DNA of 64,000 bases from Mobula hypostoma (Eukaryota): contig NC_086109.1 in assembly GCF_963921235.1 (NCBI RefSeq), forward strand, positions 29,514,001-29,578,000, given 5' to 3'. Positions within the stretch are counted from its first letter, which is position 1; the number at the start of each line of letters is the position of its first letter. The position numbers and the translations under genes are program-made. Below the pieces are notes generated by a model, which saw only the letters and a program-made list of their open reading frames with translations, searched no databases and was not told where the DNA came from. Below, piece by piece: positions 37,481-50,290 of this stretch.

Positions 37481-39971
37481 TCTTTCTTTCTTTTTAAATC
37501 TTTTTATTGAATAAGTATACAAAAAGGTAAGCCATATAGGCACTAATACACTGTTAGAATATAATAAAATTACAGGAGATATTAATACAGAAAAAAAAGT
37601 GATACAAACAATGTAATTTAAACATAACATACTAAGGTAACATAATAGTATACTAATTTATATATATATATATACGTATATCAATAGAGAAAAGGAAAAA
37701 AAAAACCCCAAAAAAAACCCACCGTGCAACTAAACTAAAAGCAAAGCAAAGCAATGGGCTAACTTGGAACCAAGTAGAGTTAAAGAACTTAAAATCACGT
37801 CCTCAAACCCGACCTCCATTAAAAACAGTAAAAAAAAACAAGAAGGGTATATAAATATGGAGCAAAAAAGAGAAGAAAAAAAAAATTACATTAAATGAAA
37901 ATATTGAATAAAAGATCTCCAGGTCTGTTCAAATTTAAGTGAGGAATCATAAAGATTGCTTCTAATTTTCTCCAAATTCAAGCATAATATCGTCTGAGAA
38001 AACCAAAAAAAGGTGGTTGGAGCATTAAGCTCTTTCCAATGTTGTAAGATACATCCTTTCGCCATTAAAGTAAGAAATGCAATCATTCTACGGGCTGAAG
38101 GAGAAAGATTACTGGAAATTTTAGGTAGTCCAAAGATAGCAGTAATAGGGTGAGGAGAGATATCTATATTCAGTACCTTTGAGATAATATTAAAAATATC
38201 TCTCCAAAAAGTTTCCAGAGTAGGACAAGACCAAAACATATGAGTTAAAGAGGCTATCTGCCCCGGACATCTATCACAAAAAGGATTAATATGAGAATAA
38301 AAGCGAGCTAATTTATCTTTGGACATATGTGCTCTATGAACAACTTTAAATTGAATTAGGGAACGTTTAGCACAGATAGAGGAAGTATTGACTAATTGTA
38401 AAATCTACCCCCAGTCATCCACGGAAATGATAGACCCCAATTCCTGTTCTCAATCTACCCTAATCTTATCAAATGGAGCTTTCCTAAGTTTCAAAATAAT
38501 ATTATAAATCATAGCCGATGCACCTTTCTGACATGGATTAAGGTTGATTATAGTATCTAAAATGTATGTAGGAGGAAGCATTGGAAAGGAAGAAAGTATA
38601 GTACTTAGGAAATTTCTAACTTGTAGATACCTAAAAAAATGTATTCTTGATAAATTATATTTATTAGATAATTGTTCAAAAGACATAAGGGAACCATCTA
38701 AAAATAAATCCAAAAACCGTGAAATACCCTTAGTCTTCCAAATTTGAAAAGCACAATCCGTAACAGAGGGAGGAAAAAATATGTTACCTAAAATAGGAAT
38801 CGCTAACCCAAATTGGTTAAGATCAAAAAATTTTCTGAATTGAAACCAAATACGTAAGGTATATTTAACTATCGGGTTAGATACCTGTTTGAGGCGTTTC
38901 AAATCAAAAGGAAGAGGGGAACCTAAAATAGAGCCAAGTGTATAGCCCTGAACAGATTGTAATTCCAATGCTACCCATTTAGGAATGGATAATATTTCCT
39001 GGTCAAGTAACCAAAATTTCATATGTCAAATATTAATTGCCCAATAATAGAATCTAAAGTTAGGTAATGCTAAACCTCCATCTCTCTTAGCTTTCTGTAA
39101 ATGTATTTTACCCAGTCTCGGGTTTTTATTTTGCCAAATAAATGAAGAAATTTTTGAGTCAACTTTATCAAAAAAAGATTTTGGAACAAAAATCGGTAAT
39201 GCCTGAAATATATATAAAAATTTTGGCGGAAAAAACATCTTAACTGCATTAATACGACCAATCAAAATTAAATATAAAGGAAACCATTTAGATGAAAGTT
39301 GAATAATATGGTCAATTAAGGGTAAAAAGTTAATCTTAAATAAATCTTTGTATTTACAAGTAATTTTAATCCCAAGATATGAAAAATAATTATTACTCAA
39401 TTTAAACGGAAAGTTATGACATAAGGGAAGTTGTTTATTAATTGGGAAAAGTTCACTCTTACTAAGATTTAATTTATAACCTGAAAAGAGACTAAATTGT
39501 GCTAATAACTCTAAAACAGCAGGGATGGATTTTTGAGGATTAGAAATATATAAAAGTAAGTCATCAGCATAGAGTGATATTTTATGGGACTTTAAGCCCC
39601 GAGTTATCCCAGTAATATTTGGAGATTCTCGAATGGCAATTGCAAGAGGTTCTAATGCAATATCAAATAATAAAGGACTAAGAGGACAACCTTGTCGGGT
39701 ACCTCGAAAAAGAGGGAAAAAAGGTGAGCTTAGAGAGTTAGTACAGACCGAGGCCACAGGAGAATGATATAACAGTTTGATCCAGGATATAAATTTCGAG
39801 CTAAAATTAAACATTTCAAGCACCTTAAATAATTAAGGCCATTCTACTCTATCAAAAGCTTTCTCAGCATCTAAAGAGATAACACACTCAGGAACATTTT
39901 GTGAGGGAGTATAAACAATATTTAACAGTGTGCGAATGTTATAAAAAGAATAACGACCTTTAATAAAACCC

Positions 39972-40084
39972 CAGCAACATACATCAAAGTTGCTGGTGAA
40001 CGCAGCAGGCCAAGCAGCATCTATAGGAAGAGGCGCAGTCGACGTTTCAGGCCGAGACCCTTCGTCAGGACTAACTGAAGCACA
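39972..40084 (-). mobile_element. Penelope pLTR fragment inserted in L1 ORF2
   Basis: 13-bp TSD TTTAATAAAACCC (39959-39971 and 40085-40097); net +126 bp. Confidence 0.93.
40036..40073 (-). ncRNA. Minimal type I hammerhead ribozyme motif
   Basis: Minus strand TAGTC-CTGACGA-A-GGGTCTCGGCCT-GAAA-CGTC-GACTG; core intact, stem I pairs. Confidence 0.7.
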
Positions 40085-42476
40085 TTTAATAAAACCCATT
40101 TGGTCTTCCGAAATAATAAAAGGAAGTATTTTTTCTAATCTGTTTGCTAATAACTTAGAAAAAATTTTAGAATCAACATTTAATAACGATATTGGTCCAT
40201 AAGATGCACATTGAGCAGGATCTTTATCCTTCTTTAAAACTAGAGAGATTGACGCTCTGTTGAAAGATTCGGGAAGTTTACCAAGTTTTAATGAAGTCTC
40301 GAAAACCCTACAGAACCAAGGGATTAATGAAGGTGCAAAACATTTATAAAATTCTACGGTAAACCCATCAGGGCCAGGAGCTTTCCCCAAGTTCATAGAG
40401 GAAATAATATTCTTAACCTCATCAGTGATAATGGGAGTATCTAGCATAGAAGACATATCCTGTGAAATCTCAGGGAAGTCTAGGTTATCTAAAAAATTAT
40501 TCATATATTTAGAGTCTCGAGGAGACTCTGATTGATATAAGGAAGAATAAAAATCAAAGAAGGTTTGATTAATCCCCGCATGATCAAGTATCAGTCGGTC
40601 ATTTTGATTATAAATCTGATTAATTTGAGATTTAGCATAATTAGACTTCAACTGGTTAGCCAACAGTTTGCCAATTTTGTCACTGTGTACATAAAATTCA
40701 CTTCTTGTTTTCTTTAATTGGTTTACAATCGAGGACGAAAGTAATAAACTGTTTTCCATTTGAAGTTCAGTTCTTTGTTTACATAACTCCTCAGAGGGAG
40801 CTGTAACATATTTCTTATGAATTTCCTTAATCTTGTCCACAATTACCAACTCCTTCTGCTTCAGCTTCTTCCTCAAAGCAGCAGAATACGAGATAATCTG
40901 ACCACGAATATAAACTTTAAAAGTATCCCAAAGAATGTTCACAGAAATATCCTCTGTATAGTTGATTGTAAAAAAAAGATCAATCTGTTCATTCATAAAG
41001 TTAACAAAGTCCGAGTCCTGAAGCAACAGCGAATTAAAATGCCATTGTCTATTATTTTGTGTATTGGCCTGAATTTTAATAGAAAGCTTAAGTGGAGCAT
41101 GATCCGAAATGGTTATAGAGTCATAATCACATTTAATCACTGAAGACATAAGACGAGAGTCAATAAAGAAATAATCAATTCTTGAATAGGAATGGTGAAC
41201 ATGTGAAAAAAAAGAAAAATCTTTTTCCTGAGGATGCAAAAAACGCCAAATGTCCGTCGACCCAGAATCAGAGAGGAATGAATTAATCAAAGTTGCAGAT
41301 TTATTAGGAGCCGAACGGTCCAAAGCTGGAGATAAACAGGTATTAAGATCACCGCCCCAGATCAATGAAATCTCATTCAAATTCGGGAACTGATTGAATA
41401 ATGATTTATAAAATTCTGGACAGTCCATATTGGGAGCATAAACATTAACCAAAACTACCTTTTTATTAAATAGTAGACCACTAACCAGTAGAAATCTATC
41501 ATTCGGATCAGAGATAATATCATGTTGTATAAAAGTAACTGAGGAGTCTATAAAAATAGAGACGCCTCGAATCTTAGCGTTAGAGTTCAAATGAAACTGT
41601 TGTTCCTTCCAGAATTTAAAAAAACGTAGTCTGTCCCCCCTCCGCACATGGGTCTCTTGTAAAAATAGAATTTGTGCTTTAAGTCTCCGGAACACTTTAA
41701 AAACTTTTTTTCCTTTTAATAGGATGGTTAAGACCATTAGTATTCCAGGAGACAAAATTAATAATAGACTCCATAAACCCTAAAGTCAACTCGCAAAAAG
41801 AAGGGTTGACGATAGGCTCGACCCACGAACCCAGAAAGGGAACAGAACAAATAAGAGATACCGGGAAGGAGAATGCAACCAATACTTCAATAGTGTACAT
41901 AGCCCAAGAAGAAAAAAACTAAAACGTGAAGCCCCTCCCACCACCCCACCCCATGACCCCAAGGCTAAATCTAACACAGACCAGCCAGAAAGAAGCAAGC
42001 ACTAAAACTACCCCCATGACTTCCGATAGACGCTCCCTAAAAAAAAGTGTAAATATAAAAAAGATCAGCTAGTTATAAAACAGTAAAAGAATAAAAAAAA
42101 TCAATTAAAACAAACACTTAATATAACAGAGAAAAAGCCAGAAAATATAAAAAAAACCGCAACAAACCCCAGACCCTATGAATAGACAAAAAAAGAAATA
42201 AAATTATTAACATAAACTAGTTATGAAAACCTACAAAAAAAAGTAGATTTAAAAACTACAAAATTTAAGGCCTCAAAGGAAATACATAAAATGACGCTGA
42301 GGGAATAACCACCCAGAATCCCCTGGGAAAAAGAAAGGAATGATGCAGATAGAAAGAAAGTTTAGCAACCATATTAATTAATCAAAAATAAACTTTTCTG
42401 CCCATATAAGGCAAAAAAAAATTAAGGCCGACAGATTCACAACCTCCGATCAAACGGAGATAGTTAAAAATTACGA

Positions 42477-43321
42477 TTAAGATGTTGAAGGTGAAAATTG
42501 ATCCAGATAACTCTGGGCATCCGATGGAGATTCAAAAAAATGGAGGGCTCCATCCAACGTACGAATCCTTAGACGTGCTGGGTAAAGCAGCGTTGGTTTT
42601 AAATCCATCTTGTAGAATTCCGACTTCACAGATCTATAACGAACCCGTTGATCCCGGATTGGTTTACTGAAATCCTCCACAAACCGATAATGAAGATCCA
42701 AAAAGCAATGTAACCTCTAGATTGAACGAAACGAAACAGTTTCTCCTTGTCTTGAAAGTAATGAAAATGTAAGATGACATGTCGAGGTTTATCTGACTTA
42801 GACGAGTATGATGGAACTCTGTGAACACGATCCAATAATGGTGGTTGGTCAGGAAATACAGTAGGAAATGCATCTTTTAAAAGTTGAGAAAAATACTTCA
42901 TAGGGTTGTCAGATTCAGCAGCTTCACGCACCCCAATCATTTGAAGATTCTGCCGTCGCATTCCGGATTCTAAGTCAGAGTTTTTAAAGGTCAGAAAGTC
43001 AAGTTTCTTCTTCATTACATTAATTGTTTCTTCGATTTTCTCCATCTTGAGTTCATTTTGTTGCATGGATTTTTGAAGATTAGATATAGCCGACTGATGT
43101 TCTGTAATAGATGTTTGTATCTTATCGATTGAATCGGCAATTTTCTGGAAATTAATTGAAATTTCCACACGAATCAGCTCCATAATAGAGGTTGAAATTT
43201 CCCTTTGAATTCGATCCGATATAGCTTTCAAAGTCACCGGTGGTTCAGTCGGAGGAAAATCGGTACCTTTCGGTCTAACCGGAGGTTTGCTGTCCTTCCC
43301 ATTTTTTCCATTCTTAGACAT
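42477..43321 (-). pseudogene. L1 ORF1 (coiled coil, RRM, CTD), one frameshift near 42700
   Basis: DLESGMRRQNLQMIGVRE, LDRVHRV, KPRHVILHFHYFQDKE, FVEDFS, LLYPARLRI. Confidence 0.9.
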
Positions 43322-44172
43322 AGCAGACCTTAAAAGCATCCGATTATCAAAGAGCCCAATTTATTACAAAATATTGTAAAAGTCGATGCCTTAATGGTTA
43401 ATTAAAATATAGCTGATCATAAGAAGAAAAACTCAGAGGTAATGGAGCGAGTCAAGAACACGACTTCACTCCATGAGCTCTACCGGAAATCTCCAAATTT
43501 CACTTTGAACTTTGAACTTCATTGGAAGGAAGGCCCTCTATTTATTTCAACAGGATTTGTAACCTTCATTAAAAAAAAGTTTAGCTTTTTTAAATAAAAG
43601 ATTATTTTTTCCTAATTTCACTCAATGTTTTTACTGAATTAACATAATCACAATGAAATTTAACTGTTTCGTTATTTTTCACTTAATTTTAAGTTAATTT
43701 GTATTATTTTAATCCATTCTAACTGTTTTAAGTAGCTCTGAGCAATAGAGACATTGGAAACATTCCTGAAGGGTTTTGGCAACAGCAAGCTGAGGCTCTA
43801 CTGCCTCCTCTTTTGCCCTTTTAGGGCTGGTTACCTCTTCATAACCCACTCGGCTGCGTGATTGACTCATAAGAGTGAAAGTCTCCTGCACACTGCCCAT
43901 TCTGTAGGTGCAGCCACAGTATGTGGAGAGGATATTAGTGAGAGTGAGGAGGCTAAGGGTGAATGAAGTGTCAGCTTCTATATGGTCCAGTCCTATATTT
44001 CTGTAGTAGTCCATGTATAGCCTTGATCAGCCTAAGCAAATCTTTCATACGGGTAGATGACACAAAATATCTGAATGTGACTGGGAACTCCCTATGATTT
44101 TTCACTTCTATTGAAGTTAATTCAACTTTAATAAACCTAATCTGCCTCAGCTGTTGACTACCTAATTATATA

Positions 44173-44694
44173 CACGCAATGGCCACTTTATTATATACAC
44201 CTATACACATGCTCATTAACGCAAACACTTAATCACTCAATCATGTGGCAGCAACTCAACGTGTAAAGGTATGCAGACATGTTCAAGAGGTTCAGTTGTT
44301 CAGACCAGACATCAGAATGGGGAAGAAATGTGATCTAAGTGACGTTGACCACGGAATGATTGTTGGTCCCGGACAAAATGGTTGAGTATCTCAGAATCCC
44401 CAAGGATTTTCACACATAACAGTCTCCAGAGAATGGTACGAGAAACAAAAAGATTGGAGAGTGCAAGTTCTGTGGGTGAAAACACCTTGTTAATGAGAGA
44501 GGTCGGAGGAGAATAGCCAGTCTGACAGGAAGGCGACAGTAACTCAAATAACCACATGTTACAACAGTACGTCTCTGAATGCACAATACATCAAACCCTG
44601 AAGTGGATGGGCTATAGCAGCAGAAGACCATGAATATACACGCTGTGGCCATTTATTAGGTACAGGAAGTAGGTAATGAAGTGACCACTGAGTG
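44173..44694 (+). mobile_element. Tc1-like non-autonomous element (same family as 29345)
   Basis: TA-flanked TIRs CACGCAATGGCCACTTTATTA...TAATGAAGTGACCACTGAGTG; ATGGGGAAGAAATGTGATCTAAGTGAC. Confidence 0.88.
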
Positions 44695-44818
44695 TATAGT
44701 TCTGTCTGATAGAAAACCTGAATATTTTTGAAAATTGCAGGCATTGTCACTCTGTAATTAGTTATTCCATTTCATTGATCGTCCTTTTCAATTTGAATAG
44801 TAACTATTTCATAATCAG

Positions 44819-46240
44819 AAACAAGAGAAAGTATGCAGATACTGGAAATCCAAGCAGCACACACAAAATTCTGGAGGAACTCAATGGGCCGGGCAGCATC
44901 GATGGAAAGTGCAGTCAACGTTTCCGGCCGAAACCCTTCAGTAGGACTGGAGAGAAAAAAGATGAGGATTAGACTTAAAAGGTGGGGAGAGGGGAGGGAG
45001 AAACACAAGGTGATAGGTGAAACCAGGAGGGGGAGAGATGAAGTGAAGAGCTGGGAAATTGATTGGTGAAAGAGATACAAGGCTGGAGACAGGGAGAGGA
45101 AGAAAATGGAGAGGGGAGAGGAGCACCAGAGGGAGGCGATGGGCAGGCAATGAGATGAGGTGAGAGAGGGAAAAGGGAATGGGGAATTGATGTTCTTGCA
45201 TTCAGGTTGGAGGCTACACAAATGGATATTGGACATTGTTCCTCCAATCTGAGTGTGCCCTCTTTGCAACAGTAGAGGGGCATATCGGAATGACAGTGGG
45301 AAGTGGAATTAAAATGGGTGGCCTGCATCTTCCGGTGGACGGTGCTCAGCGAAGCGGTCTCCCAATCTATGTCGGGTCTTATTAGTATACAGGGGGTCAC
45401 ACCGGGAGCACTGGACAAATTATATGATCCCAACAGAGGTGAAGTGTCGCCTCAGCTGCAAGGATGAATGGTAGTGAGCAAGGAGGTGTAGTGGCAGGTG
45501 TAGCACTTGTTCCACTTGCAAGGATAAGAGCCAGGAGGGAGTGACCTCAACCACATTGCTTCCATTTCACACCCGTCCACTCTCACCCCATCCTCCCACC
45601 ATCCTACCAGGGATAGGCTTCCTTTTGTCCTCACCTGCCACCCCACCAGCCTCCGTGTCCAGCACATAATCCCACCACCACCAAGCACATCTTTCCCTCT
45701 CCCCCTGCACTTTCTACTTTCTGCAGGGATCGCTCCCCACTCTACTCCCTTGTCCATTCGTCCCTCCCAACTGAGCTCCCTCCTGGCACTTACCCTTGAA
45801 AGCGGAACAAGTGTTACACCTGCCCCTACACCTACTCCCTCTCTACCATTCAGGGCCCCAAACAGTCCTTCCAGGTGAGGCGACACTTTGCCTGTCAGTC
45901 TGTTGGGGTCATATACTGTGTCCGGTACTCCCAGTGTGGCCTCCTGTATATCAGTGAGACTTGACATAGATTGGGAGACTGCTTCGTCAAGCATCTACGC
46001 TCTGTCTGCCAGAAAAAGCGGAGTCTCTCAGAGGCCACCCATTTTAATTTGACTTCCCATTCCCTTTCCGATATGTCAGTCCATGGCCTCCCCCACTGTC
46101 ACGATGAGGCCACACTAAGGTTGGAGGAACAACACCTTATATTCCATCTGGGTAGCCTCCAACTTGATCAATTTCTTGAACTTCCAGTAATGCCCCCCCT
46201 GCCACTTCACCATTCCCCATCCCGCTTTCCTTCTCTCTCT
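44819..46240. mobile_element. Penelope-like element with inverted arrangement (minus about 44819-45541, plus about 45545-46240)
   Basis: GIY-YIG remnant on both arms (GSYPCKWNKCYTC; RLEEQHLIFHLGSLQ); pLTR with mutated hammerhead near 44912-44949. Confidence 0.88.
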
Positions 46241-46477
46241 TCATATGTTGGAAAACATATGTTCCGATATGTTGGAAAATGTCAACAAAGATGAAAGTAA
46301 GTGATTAATATTTAACGAGTGTTTTTCCAATGCATTTCTTTCCATCAGAATGTTTCTGGAAAGATAACAAAATCCTTAAAGAAGCAACAACATTTAAATA
46401 ATAATTATTATTCATAGACTGATATTAAAAATGCCACTACGGTAATATTATGAAGACTCAATGAAAACTAGAGGATG

Positions 46478-46672
46478 GTGCCTCTCCACACCATCTGTCA
46501 CAAGTGGGACTTCCAGGTGGCCAAACATTTTAATTCTGCTTCCCATTCCTATTCCAACATGTCAGTCCATGGCCTCCTCTTGTGCCAAGATGAGGCTACC
46601 CTCAATGTGGAGGAGCAACACCTTATATTCTGTCTGGGTACCCTCCAACCTGACGGCATGAATATAAATTTC
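46478..46672 (+). mobile_element. Penelope GIY-YIG fragment
   Basis: VAKHFNSASHSYSNMSVHGLL...EEQHLIFCLGTLQPDGMN. Confidence 0.85.
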
Positions 46673-46990
46673 AAAGGTTCAATTATTATCAAAGTATGTA
46701 TCCAAATACAACTCTGAGATTCTCCTTCTTCAGCTAGCCACAAAACATAGCAAGAACATGAAGGTCATTCAGAGAGAAACATTAAACTCACCCCGCCATG
46801 CACAAAAAAGAATTGCATCCCAACCATCAACTCCCAAACCCTCCTACCCTGCACAAACCAGAACAAGAACTTCGACCCCCAAGCCCCCTCACCCCACACA
46901 AAAAACTAACAGAACACAGCAGAAGCATCAACCCCAAACCCCTCCTCTCATACAATAAAACAGAAAAAATGGGCGAAAAACGCAGAATTC
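46670..46990 (-). repeat. Retroposon 3' end with TTGAAC-type tail; paralogue at about 50905-51190
   Basis: AAAGGTTCAA..TTATTATCAAAGTATGTAT..ATACAACTCTGAGAT..TAGCCACAAAAC shared by both loci. Confidence 0.6.
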
Positions 46991-48294
46991 TGCCAATCTG
47001 CCATGAACCTCTCAGCTCCAAACTCCTGATATTAAACTTGATTCTGCTTCTGATTTTGAATCTATATATAACACCTACATTACAGAATCCATATGAATGT
47101 CAGTCATTTATTATTGTTTGGGATCATCAAAAAGTGCAAATAAATATCAAAAGATATATTTAATTCTGAAGATAACACAATACCGACCTCTCCTACCCAT
47201 TATAATTTCTGGATTCATCAGAACTGCAAAGAAAGGGGGCGGGGGGGGGGCGAACCAGGATAAGAAGGATTGGGGAGTGGAAGGAGTACAAACTAGAAGG
47301 TGACAGGTGAAGCCGTGTGAGGGTGAAGTTAGGTGGGACGGGGAGTGGTTGAAATGAGAAGTAGGAGGTTTTAAGTGGGAAAGGAAACTGAGTGTTTCTC
47401 TTATTTTTTTAACTTCTTAATTTGGTTTCTTAGCAACAACTATCTTAATAACTGTAGAGAAAGATTTCAATTCTCTTTTATACTATTCTAGATTGAGATA
47501 ATGCCACACTATACTTTCAGGTTATTGTTCATACAACACACCATGTGGGATCATTTATTTTTTGCCAATTGTACTAATATTTGAAACTCATTATTTCTAA
47601 CTTTTAAGTAAGTAGTCTCTTCCTTATTTAACTTTAGGATGATTACACATGGAAGTTCACAATATTTACCTATTGCTATCACACATCCCCTTTTCTTATT
47701 TCTTTGTAGACATGCTAAATGAATTGTTGTTAGATATTTAACTGAACATGCCTTCCCTTAATTGCCTCGCACCATCATTTCTTCTGTCATTAAATCGCTT
47801 CTACCTTCCATCCTCTCACACAATTGTAAATATACAAGTAACACAATTATTTTCCCCTTCTGACATTTTAAAACATTTTTATTTTTAACATTTTCCAAAT
47901 CTGATGAAGGTCATTATCCAAAAACATCATCAGAAGCTGCATGGCCCCCTGATTATTTCAGGCATTTTCTCTTTTCATTTCACCTTTTCAGTATTTGCTG
48001 TTTTTGTTTTACTTCAATAAGCTAGTAAGGTGACAGATACAGTGCTGCACCAGATGTACAGTAAGTAGCTGAGTAGTATTGGGAACACTGTAAGCAGCCT
48101 AGATAGCTGGAAGAGAAGTTGCTACTTCTGTCACAGTAAAGGAGTCTAGAAACTATAATGGGTAGGAGAGGTCTGCGTTGTGTTATCTTCAGAATTAAAT
48201 ATGCCTTTTAATATTTACTTGCACTTTTTGATGATCCCAAAAAATAATGAATGACTTACATTTATACAGATTCTGTTATGTAGGTGTTATATAT

Positions 48295-49250
48295 AGATTC
48301 AGAATAAGAATCAGAATCAAGTTTAATAGCAGGAGTTTGGGGCTGAGAGGGAAAATGGATCAGTCATGGCCTAATGGTAGAATTCAACTTGATGGACCAA
48401 ATCACCTAATTCTGCTCCTATACCTTATTGTCTTCTGGTCTTATCACCGGCATATGTCATGAAATTTGTTGCTATGTGGCTGCAGTACATTGCAATAAAT
48501 AATAATAAAAACTGTGATTTACAGTTGTTGTTGGCATCCCTTTGTCTCGAAGGACAATCGGTGATGATCACAAGCCTGGGCAGAAGGTATGGAGATCCTG
48601 AGACCCCCTGAGTCGTTAAGATCCCCCTCTCAGCCTCACCAGTATAGTCCAAAGGAAAGCTTATGAAGCAAACCGTTTGGCACCAGCTTGGCTGCAGGAG
48701 CTGCCAGAAGGATGTTCAATGATGTCTTGCTGCCCCAGAGGCCCTACTCCAGATTTGCTGTCTGGTTTACTCCTGTAACCTCCATCTGCTCACAAGGCAG
48801 TGGGACTATTTACCCATAGCTGGGGATCTGGTTCACAAGCACCAGAGCCTGTCCACACACCGGTGGGCCTGAGTGCTGCTTGTGCAGGGGCCAGACCTTC
48901 TCCCCGTCCTCTGTAGTTCAGCCTGAATCCAAAAAGAGTTCAGTTTCCATGCGTCGCCAGTGAGGAGGCACTACATGAGGCTTGCAGTTGGGGAGGCTAT
49001 TGACTGGCAGGGAGAGACTTACACATTCAACTCTCCTTTTTGCAAGACCACTAGCCAGTGTTGCAAGCTGAAATTGAGAATGACAAGCACTACCACACCA
49101 GATGAATCACAACCATTTTGACACCAATTTATAGTAAGTATATATATATATAAATTTAAATTAAATAAATAGTGCAAAAAGAGAAAAAAGAAATAGTGAA
49201 GTGGTGTTCATGGGTTCAATGTCCATTCCGAAATCTGATGGCAGAAGGAA
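48295..49250 (-). mobile_element. Rex1/Babar 3' end interrupted by a CR1 tail (about 48329-48441) and an RTE-derived element
   Basis: AGAATCAGAATCAAGTTTAATA..TCACCGGCATATGTCATGAAATTTG...GTTCATGGGTTCAATGTCCATT, collinear with the 3619 copy. Confidence 0.75.
48526..49126 (-). mobile_element. Probable RTE-derived non-autonomous element
   Basis: (CAA)n tail next to GGCATCCCTTTGTCTCGA resembling the RTE 3' end at 23290-23310; 9-bp TSD ATTTACAGT/ATTTATAGT (48517-48525 and 49127-49135); no RT coding. Confidence 0.55.
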
Positions 49251-49344
49251 TAGACAGTAGTGGATTTCAGCATATCTCATATGTTTTTGAAGTGATTTAG
49301 AAAACACAGCTGTCACTTTGTTTCCTCAAAGTTCAATGCCATAT

Positions 49345-50075
49345 GAGCAACAGGAAGGGGAAGTCGATGGAACACACACCAGTCCTCTTCAAGGGGTCAG
49401 CACCGGAAAGGGTGAGTAGTTTCTTGGAATCAATATTTCTGAAGCCCAACATACTGATGCAATTGCAAAGAAGGCACAGCACTAGCAATACTTCATTTGG
49501 AGTTCAAGGAAATTTGGTATGTCATCAAAGACTATAGCAAGTTTCTACAGATGTATCAAGGAGAGCATTCTAACTGGTTGCTTCACCTGATAAGATGGAG
49601 GGGCCACTGCACAGGGACGGCGAAAGCTCTAGAGGGTTGCAAACTCTGCCAGCTCCATCGTGGGTACCAGCATTCCCAGTGTCCAGGACATCTTCAAAAG
49701 GCGATGCCTCAAAAAAGCGGCTTTCATCATTATGGACCTCCCAGCACCCAGGACATGCTCTCTTCTTATTATGACCATCAGGGAAGAAACACAGGAGCCT
49801 GAAGACACACAGAAAATGTCTTAGAAGCACTTCTTCTCCTCTGCCACTGAAGTTAAGAGTAGAAAATGAACCAGCTCATGAATACTACCTCATTATTTTT
49901 GCTCTCTTTTTCCATTATTTATTTAATTTAATTTTTATTTTTAAAAAAATATTTCTTTTTATAATTTATAGTATTTTTTGTGTGTTGCACTGTACTGCTG
50001 CTGCAAAACAACAAATTTCACAGCATATGTCAGATATGTCATGTATCATATATCTGATATTAAACCTAATTCTGA
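49345..50075 (+). mobile_element. Rex1/Babar LINE 3' fragment, degraded
   Basis: GAGAGCATTCTAACTGGTTGC, CACCCAGGACATGCTCTCTTC, tail GATATTAAACCTAATTCTGA. Confidence 0.75.
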
Positions 50076-50104
50076 GCTAAACAATCTATCTAAGTCATCT
50101 TGTT

Positions 50105-50290
50105 TGAAGAATATTTATTGGGAAGAACTCTAGTGCGAGCTCCTTCCCTCTTCTTCGAACTGATGTCATTGGATCATTTACACCTACAATACCCGAGGGA
50201 GCAGATAGGGCTTTGCTTTAATCATGGTTTAATGCACTGCACTGAGCTGTCAGTCAAGATGTTTGTGTTGACGTCCTCAGTGAGTAATGA
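50105..50290 (-). mobile_element. Deu-domain SINE remnant
   Basis: CTCTTCTTCGAA...GGATCATTTACACC...GAGGGAGCAGATAGGGC...TGCACTGAGCTGTCAGTCAAGAT. Confidence 0.5.

Larger units (their letters stand above)
37886..41774 (-). pseudogene. L1 ORF2 (APE endonuclease, RT, CCHC), frameshifted
   Basis: SWNTNGL, FLQETH, NVYAPN, GGDLN, SRIDYF, SDH; KAPGPDG, SLDAEKAFDRVEW, RGTRQGCPLSP, LYADD; CDRC..SLTHMFWSC; breaks near 41705, 39835, 39025 and 38450. Confidence 0.95.
37481..43494 (-). mobile_element. Full-length L1 retrotransposon (6014 bp), inactivated
   Basis: Perfect 13-bp TSD AAATTTCACTTTG (37468-37480 and 43495-43507); 5' UTR, ORF1, about 700-bp spacer, ORF2, AATAAA and A-rich tail. Confidence 0.96.

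Noticed and set aside
39833..41755. 640-aa ORF as an active gene
   Set aside because: Fragment of L1 ORF2; true start is out of frame and downstream frameshifts truncate the RT
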